A stretch of DNA of 64,000 bases from an uncultured Gemmatimonadales bacterium (GTDB lineage Bacteria > Gemmatimonadota > Gemmatimonadetes > Longimicrobiales > Gaopeijiaceae), in assembly GCA_963823035.1 (NCBI GenBank), contig CAWGKG010000018.1, positions 160,001-224,000 of the forward strand. Reading direction: 5' to 3'. A program made the position numbers and the translations under genes. The notes under the pieces were generated by a model that searched no databases, was not told the origin of the DNA, and saw nothing but the letters and a program-made list of their open reading frames with translations. This document shows, piece after piece, positions 58,075-64,000 of this stretch (the stretch's first letter is position 1; every line of letters starts with the position of its first letter).

Positions 58075-58356
58075 TCAGTGGAAGTCGCGGCGTTGATCGA
58101 CGACCAGCGCGCGGCCGTTGTCCTGCACCATGCGATCGGCCTTGTCGAGGACGCTCTCGGCGAAGCGCCGGTCGGTCGCCACCATCGCCACCGAGATCTC
58201 CGCGCGGGTGAGGACGTCCTGCTGTCCGGTCTCCGCGACGGAGAGGTGGAACCGGCCCCGCAAGCGGTCCTTCAGCGACCGGACCACCGTGCGCTTCTCC
58301 TTCAGCGACGCGCACCCCGGAAGGGACAGCTGCCACGTCTGCCAGGCGACGATCAT
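58075..58356 (-). CDS. DUF503 (YlxP-like) protein
   Basis: SLKEKR.VVRSLKDRLR..F.LSVAETG.QD; lies between infB and rbfA. Confidence 0.9.
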   Translation of the reverse strand: MIVAWQTWQLSLPGCASLKEKRTVVRSLKDRLRGRFHLSVAETGQQDVLTRAEISVAMVATDRRFAESVLDKADRMVQDNGRALVVDQRRDFH

Positions 58357-58405
58357 CGATGGACCGCGACGCTGCGGCCGTGCGCGGACGGTGGCCGTGG
58401 CCGGC

Positions 58406-61166
58406 TCAGCCGGTTCCGGCCAGCGTCCTGGCCACCTCCTCGACCGTGTAGCACTCGATGACGTCGCCGACCTTGATATCGTTGAAGTTCGCGATGCCGA
58501 TTCCGCACTCGTACCCCTCTCGGACCTCACGGACGTCGTCCTTGAAGCGCTTGAGCGAGGACAGCTCGCCGTCGTACACCACGATGCCGTCGCGGATGAG
58601 GCGGGCCCGACCCTTCCGGTCGATACGCCCCTCCGTCACGTAGCAGCCGGCGATCATGCCGACCTTGGTGATGCGGAACGTCTCGCGAACCTCGGCGGCG
58701 CCGGCCACCGTCTCCTTCTTCTCCGGCGACAGCATCCCTTCGAGGGCGGAGCGCACGTCGTCCACGGCCTCGTAGATGACGTCGTAGACCTGGATGTCCA
58801 CGTCGGAGCGCTCGGCCTCGAGGCGCGCCGCCGTCTGCGGACGCACGCGGAAGCCGATGATGACCGCCCCGGCCGTCTGCGCCAGGAGGACGTCGGACTC
58901 GTTGATCGCGCCGACGCCGCGGTGGATGATCTCCACCCGCACCTCGTCCGTGCCGAGCTGCTCGAGGGAGTCCGCCACCGCCTGGACCGAGCCGTCCACG
59001 TCGCCCTTGATGACGAGCGGGAGCGTGGCGGTCCGACCCTCGGCCACCAGCTGGGAGAAGTCACCCAGCTTGAAGCCGCGCTCGCGGATGCGGAGCTGCT
59101 TCTCGCGGTCGAGCCTCTGACGCGCCTGCGCGATCTCGGCGGCGCGGTCCGCGTCCATCACCTGGAAGACGTCGCCGGCCTGCGGGACGCCCGCGGCGCC
59201 GAGCACCTGGGCCGGCATCCCCGGACCGACCTCGTCGATCGCCTTGCCGCGCTCGTCGAGCAGCGCGCGCACCCGGCCGTCGAACTTGCCCACCAGGAAC
59301 GAGTCGCCCACGCGCAAGGTGCCGCGCTGCACCAGCGTCGAGACGACGGGCCCCTTGCCCACGTCGAGCTGGGCCTCGACCACCGTGCCCTGGGCCTCAC
59401 GATCCGGATTGGCCTTCAGCTCGAGGATCTCGGCCTGCAACAGCACCTTCTCGAGGAGCTCGTCGATGCCCGCCCCGGTCTTCGCCGAGATCTCGGCCAC
59501 GAGGGTGTCTCCCCCGAAGTCCTCCGTCTGCACGGAGTGCTGCAGCAGCTCCTGCTTCACACGGCCCGGATTGGACGCCGGCAGGTCGATCTTGTTGATC
59601 GCCACGATCATGGGCACGCCCGCGTTGCGGGCATGGCTGATCGCCTCGATGGTCTGCGGCATGACCGAGTCGTCCGCCGCGACGATCAGGATCACCACGT
59701 CCGTGACGTCTGCGCCGCGCGCTCGCATGGCCGTGAAGGCGGCGTGGCCAGGAGTATCCAGGAAGGTGATGCTGCGCTCGTCCGGCAGCTTCACGTGGTA
59801 GGCACCGATGTGCTGCGTGATCCCGCCGGCCTCGCCAGCCACCACGTTGGTCTTCCGGATCCGGTCGAGAAGCAGCGTCTTCCCGTGGTCGACGTGTCCC
59901 ATGACCGTGACCACCGGCGGACGCGGCTTGAGCGTCTCCGGGCGCGTCCTCCTCCTCCTCTTCCTCCGACTCGGCCGAGTACTCCTCCTCACGCACGGCC
60001 GTGAAGCCGAACTCGTCGAGCAGCATCTCGATCTGGTCGAAGTCGAGGCGCTGGTTGATCGTCACGAGCAGCCCGACGTTCTTGAAGGCCGACCCGATGA
60101 TCTCGGTGGACGAGACGTCCATCAGCTCGGCGAGCTCCGCGACGGTCAGGAACTCGTTCACGCGCACCGTCCGGGCCTCGCGCTCGCGCTCCTGGCGCTG
60201 CTCCTCCTGCTGGGCCTCCGCCGCCTCGCGGGCCTGGCCCTTGCGGCGCTTCTTCTTCCCACCGCCGCTGCCACCCTTCAGTTCGGCCATGACGCGCTGG
60301 ATGTTCTCCTGCACGGCGTCCTGGTCGACGCGCTGGCGCTTCTTCCCCTTCTTGCCCCGCTCGCGCTCCTTCTTGCGGCCGTCGGGCGTGTACCCCTCGG
60401 CCTGGATGCGCACCTGGCCACCGGGGCCCGCGCTCGCCGCAGGTGCCGGCGCCGGACGCCGGATCGTGCGGATGGGGCCCTCCGGCTGGCCCTGGCGTGC
60501 GGGCTCGGGCTTACCGGGACCCCGCGGCCGAGGCGTCAGCACCTCGGAGTCGGGGTCGGGCTCGGGCTCGGCCTCGGCGGCGACCTCCGCGGGCATCCCT
60601 TCGGCCGGCTCGGGCTCCTCGTCCTCGGGAGCCTCTTCCTCGGCGGCCTCCTCGACCTCGGCCTCCGCCTCCGGCTCCTCGGACTCGGCCTCGGCCTCCT
60701 CGTCGTCGGCCTCCCCCACGTCGTCGGGCTCGGCGGCGGCTTGGATCTCCTCCTCCTCGTCCTCGTCCGCCTCCTCGTCCGCCTCCTCGTCGAACTCCTC
60801 CTCGAGCTCGTCCGGCTCCTCGGACTCCTCCGCCGCATCCATCTCGGCAGCGGCCTCCGGAGCCTCTTCCTCCTCGGCCTCCGCCTCCTCCTCGGACTCC
60901 GGCTCCGGCTCCGGCTCGGCAGCGACCCTGCGGCGACGGCGACGACGCGGCCCGGCGGACGCCTCCTCCAGCGCGGCCTTGATGGCCGCGGCCGGATCCT
61001 TGTGGCCGGCACGACGCTCACGCTCCACCCTGGCCAGCACCTTGGCCACCTGGCCGTCGGTGATGGGCGTGTCCTCGTCGGGGATGGGAATTCCCATCTC
61101 CCTGAGGAGGTGGATGAGGGCCTCAGTGTCGACCTTGAGGTCCTGGGCTAGCTCGATGACCCGCAT
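58406..61166 (-). CDS. infB: Translation initiation factor IF-2 (frameshift near 59941)
   Basis: MRVIELAQDL N-terminus; RPPVVTVMGHVDHGKT, GGITQHIGAY, DTPGH, NKID, SLKRFKDDVREV..GYECGI. Confidence 0.97.
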
Positions 61167-61167
61167 G

Positions 61168-61521
61168 CTATCGCTCTTCCTCCGCTGCTTCCGACCCCAC
61201 GCCGCCACCGAGGTCCAGCCTCTGCCGGAGCTGCTCGGCCAACGACGCCGACGTCACCGCGAGGGCGGAGATCGGTCCCCGTCCCACGGCGGCGCCTAAC
61301 GTGGCGCGATCCCCCAGGAAACCCTGGGGGATCGGCCGGTTCCTCAACGCACTGCGTATCTTGTCCAACTGGACGCTCGAAGCGTCACCAGCCATCAAAA
61401 TCAACTGGGCCTCGCCCCGACGGACGGCCCGGCGCGCCTGATCGGTCCCCGGCGCAACCGCGCCCGCCCGGCGGGCCAGGCCGAGAAGCTGGAGAGCCTC
61501 AGCCCTCCTGCTCCCCTCCAT
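61168..61521 (-). CDS. L7Ae/L30e family RNA-binding protein (YlxQ-like)
   Basis: LQLLGLARRAG, AGDAS, LGAAVGR; lies between nusA and infB. Confidence 0.85.
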   Translation of the reverse strand: MEGSRRAEALQLLGLARRAGAVAPGTDQARRAVRRGEAQLILMAGDASSVQLDKIRSALRNRPIPQGFLGDRATLGAAVGRGPISALAVTSASLAEQLRQRLDLGGGVGSEAAEEER

Positions 61522-62932
61522 CTTCGGCCTCCTCGCCGCCTTCGTCCGCGTCTTCCGCGGTCTCGCCCGAGGGGGGCTCACCCTCGACGAGCCCGAAGAG
61601 CGACCCCGCCCCCTCGGCCCCGGCGGCAGCCTGGTTCTCGCCCTCGACCACCGTGAGCTCGTCGATCAGCTGCAGGAGACGATCCGCCTCCGGCTCGCCG
61701 ATCCCCGGAATCGCAAGGAAATCCGCGCGTTCCAGGTCGATGATCTGAAGAAAGGTATCATACCCGGCGGTCGAGAGCGCCGCCAGTGTCAACGCCTGAA
61801 GATCCAGCTCGGAGAGCGGGAAATCCGCAGTCTCGTAGTGCTCCTCCGGACCCCCCGAGAACAGCGACAGATCGGCGCCTTTCTCGAGCCACTCACGCGA
61901 CCCGTAGAGGTCGATCTGCCACCCGATGAGCTGGGAGGCCAGACGCACGTTCTGACCGTTGCGCCCGATCGCCAGCGACAGCTGATCCTCGTCCACGATG
62001 GCCGTGATCACCTGCCGCGCCGGATCGCTCAGCACTTTGGATACGCGGGCCGGCGCGAGGGCGCGACGCGCGAACACCTCGGTGTCCGGATGCCAGGGGA
62101 CGATGTCGATGCGCTCGCCGCCGAGCTCCGACACCACCGCCTGCACGCGGGATCCCTTCAGGCCGACGCACGCCCCCACCGGATCGATCGAGTCGTCCCT
62201 GCTGTACACGGCGATCTTCGTACGGCCACCGACCTCGCGCGCGATCTCCTTGATCTCGACGATGCCCTGATAGATCTCGGGGACCTCGAGCTTGAAGAGC
62301 GCCGACACGAAAAGCGGATCCGCCCGCGACAGGATGAGGCGCGGCCCCTTCGGTGTCTCCTCGACCTTCTTCAGCACGGCCCGGATGGGGTCCCCCTGCC
62401 GGAACCGCTCGCGCGGGTTCTGCTCCTTCCAGGGGATGATCGCGTCGGCGTCGCGCTGACGGTTCAGCATCACCACCAGCTTGCCGCGCTCGATCTGCTG
62501 CAACTCGCCCGAGAGCAGCTCGCCCACGCGGTCCGCGAACTCATCGCGGATGCGGTCACGCTCGTTCTCCCGCACGCGCTGCACGATGCGCTGCTTCACG
62601 GCCATTACGGCGTTTCGCCCGAACTCCGCGAAGTTCACCGGGATCTCCATGACGTCACCTACCTCGTAGGTGTCGTCGTCCCAACGGGCCTCCTCGAGGG
62701 CGATCTCGCACGAGGGGTCCTCGACTTCCTCCACGACGCGGCGCAGCACCACGATGTCGAACTCGCCGCTGTCCTCGTTGATGGAGATCTCGGCCTGCAC
62801 GTTCGGACCGTGGATGCGCGCGAGGCCCGCGAGGATCCCATCCTTGACGAGATCGTTCATCTCCTCCGGGGACAGGCTCTTCGTCGAAGCCACGTCCCTG
62901 AAGGCCGCTACGATTTGTGCGGCATTGGCCAT
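61499..62932 (-). CDS. nusA: Transcription termination/antitermination factor NusA
   Basis: FGRNA..AVKQ, S1 domain, LFKLEVPEI, DPVGACVG, LSLAIGRNGQNVRLA. Confidence 0.97.
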   Translation of the reverse strand: MANAAQIVAAFRDVASTKSLSPEEMNDLVKDGILAGLARIHGPNVQAEISINEDSGEFDIVVLRRVVEEVEDPSCEIALEEARWDDDTYEVGDVMEIPVNFAEFGRNAVMAVKQRIVQRVRENERDRIRDEFADRVGELLSGELQQIERGKLVVMLNRQRDADAIIPWKEQNPRERFRQGDPIRAVLKKVEETPKGPRLILSRADPLFVSALFKLEVPEIYQGIVEIKEIAREVGGRTKIAVYSRDDSIDPVGACVGLKGSRVQAVVSELGGERIDIVPWHPDTEVFARRALAPARVSKVLSDPARQVITAIVDEDQLSLAIGRNGQNVRLASQLIGWQIDLYGSREWLEKGADLSLFSGGPEEHYETADFPLSELDLQALTLAALSTAGYDTFLQIIDLERADFLAIPGIGEPEADRLLQLIDELTVVEGENQAAAGAEGAGSLFGLVEGEPPSGETAEDADEGGEEAEDGGEQEG

Positions 62933-62942
62933 CGTTCCCCTC

Positions 62943-63425
62943 TCACGTCCACGTGAAAACGAGGTTGGCACCCGCGATCTCGTCCCGCGGAATGCTCACC
63001 TCGTCGCCGTCGGGCAGCCGCAGCTTCACGGCTGCTGCCCCTTCGTCCAGGCCGAGAAGCTCCCCTTCGAGCCTCCGGGCCCTTCCCGCGAGGATGTCGT
63101 GCCCCTTCACGGCCACACGCTCCCCGCGAAACCGCTGGTAGTCACGGTCCCGCAACAGGGGGCGGTCGACCCCTGGCGACGAGACCTCCAGCACGTATCG
63201 CTCCGGCAGATCCTCACGCTCGTCCAGCCACGGCTCGAGCGCCCTGCTCACCTGCGCGCAGTCGTCCACGGTCACGCCGTTTCCGGGCGTCGAGCCCGAA
63301 CGATCGATCCGCACCCGGAGGGCCGGGCGTCGCTTGCTCCCTCCCCAACGGATGTCGACCAGCTCGAAGCCCAGGGCTTCGACGCGGACCCCCATCTCGT
63401 GATCGATCTCGGCGATGGACCTCAT
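62943..63425 (-). CDS. rimP: Ribosome maturation factor RimP
   Basis: GFELVD, LRVRID, TVDDCAQVSR, YVLEVSSPGVDRPL. Confidence 0.96.
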   Translation of the reverse strand: MRSIAEIDHEMGVRVEALGFELVDIRWGGSKRRPALRVRIDRSGSTPGNGVTVDDCAQVSRALEPWLDEREDLPERYVLEVSSPGVDRPLLRDRDYQRFRGERVAVKGHDILAGRARRLEGELLGLDEGAAAVKLRLPDGDEVSIPRDEIAGANLVFTWT

Positions 63426-63470
63426 CCCCGCGCCCTCCTCAAACACCCCCGACCAAGCCCACACACGAAT

Positions 63471-63501
63471 AAAAAAGCGGGGGCCACCAACTCCCCCACT
63501 T
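63471..63501 (-). terminator. rimP leader attenuator/terminator hairpin
   Basis: Minus strand AAGTGGGGG-AGTTGGTGG-CCCCCGCTTTTTT, upstream of rimP; resembles the conserved rimP-leader hairpin. Confidence 0.75.
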
Positions 63502-63541
63502 CGCAAACGGCCATCTGAACAGCCGTCTCTGCCGGTCCCCG

Positions 63542-63570
63542 AATATAGACGAGGGCCCCGCCTCCCTCAA
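63542..63570 (-). promoter_or_regulatory. Putative sigma70 promoter of the rimP-nusA-infB operon
   Basis: TTGAGG (63570-63565), 17 bp spacer, TATATT (63547-63542). Confidence 0.6.
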
Positions 63571-63657
63571 GGGAGAGGCTCGGGGCCCCCCGCCGGACAC
63601 GTGAACGAGTGCCCGATCGTGGCCGTCTCCTGGTTCCGTGGCGGCCGCCTTCGTGCG

Positions 63658-64000
63658 CTACCCTTCCGGCGGCTCCTTCGACTCGCTGCCCTCCCGGTCG
63701 GCGGCAGCCGTGCCGTCGCCGAAGCGGGTCTCCAGCGCGGACACGCGCTCCTTGATCCGCTCGACCGCCTCCCCCAGCACGTCGAACTCCTTCTGGCTCA
63801 CGATATCGAGCCGCTCGCGTGCTCCCTCGGCCGCCTCCTGCGCGCGGTGCAGGGCGCCCTTCATGACCTCCTTCGCCCGATCCGACGACAGATCGCCGCG
63901 CTCGCGGGCCTCGTTGATCGTCTCCTCGAGGGCGTCCTTGAAGGCCGACAGCACGCCGATCCCCTGCTTGATCCCGTCGGACACCTTCGCACGGGCGCTC
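63658..64000 (-). CDS. Phasin-like coiled-coil hypothetical protein (5' end probably outside window)
   Basis: GIGVL..., ERGDLS.DRAK, RLDIVSQKEFDVL...RVSALE pattern; frame open to the window edge. Confidence 0.55.
   Translation of the reverse strand, partial: SARAKVSDGIKQGIGVLSAFKDALEETINEARERGDLSSDRAKEVMKGALHRAQEAAEGARERLDIVSQKEFDVLGEAVERIKERVSALETRFGDGTAAADREGSESKEPPEG

Overview
A very GC-rich bacterial chromosomal segment made almost entirely of housekeeping genes, nearly all on the minus strand. Gene content and lineage-type hypothetical proteins suggest Gemmatimonadota (inference, not verified). From right to left: rimP-nusA-L7Ae-infB-DUF503-rbfA-truB-ribF-rpsO-pnp-M16 peptidase-ald-dut; mreBCD-mrdA-rodA-accD-folC-hisS-hyp-proS-lysA-guaA; ridA, two tandem paralogous beta-barrel-like proteins, an rlmI-like methyltransferase and a membrane GGDEF-REC-REC-HD-GYP protein; M48 peptidase, clpB, mce, trxA-rsmI; a translationally coupled exported DUF4159-DUF4175-TPR-glutamine-amidotransferase-like cluster; a 29-bp perfect inverted repeat; a JAB/RadC-DinG helicase fusion; FAH-family and LL-DAP-type aminotransferase genes and a TonB/TolA-like protein; valS-Ig-like lipoprotein-selA-gmhB; and A-type Fe-S carrier-nadA-MBL hydrolase-purN-purH. 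About 21 frameshifts interrupt conserved and essential genes. Nearly all need removal of one base, which points to sequencing or consensus error rather than biology. I found no rRNA, tRNA, CRISPR array, transposase or prophage. The best leads are the exported DUF4159/DUF4175/TPR/GATase-like module, the JAB-DinG fusion with an altered Fe-S site, a sigma54-like promoter plus palindrome at clpB, and the GGDEF/HD-GYP hybrid.
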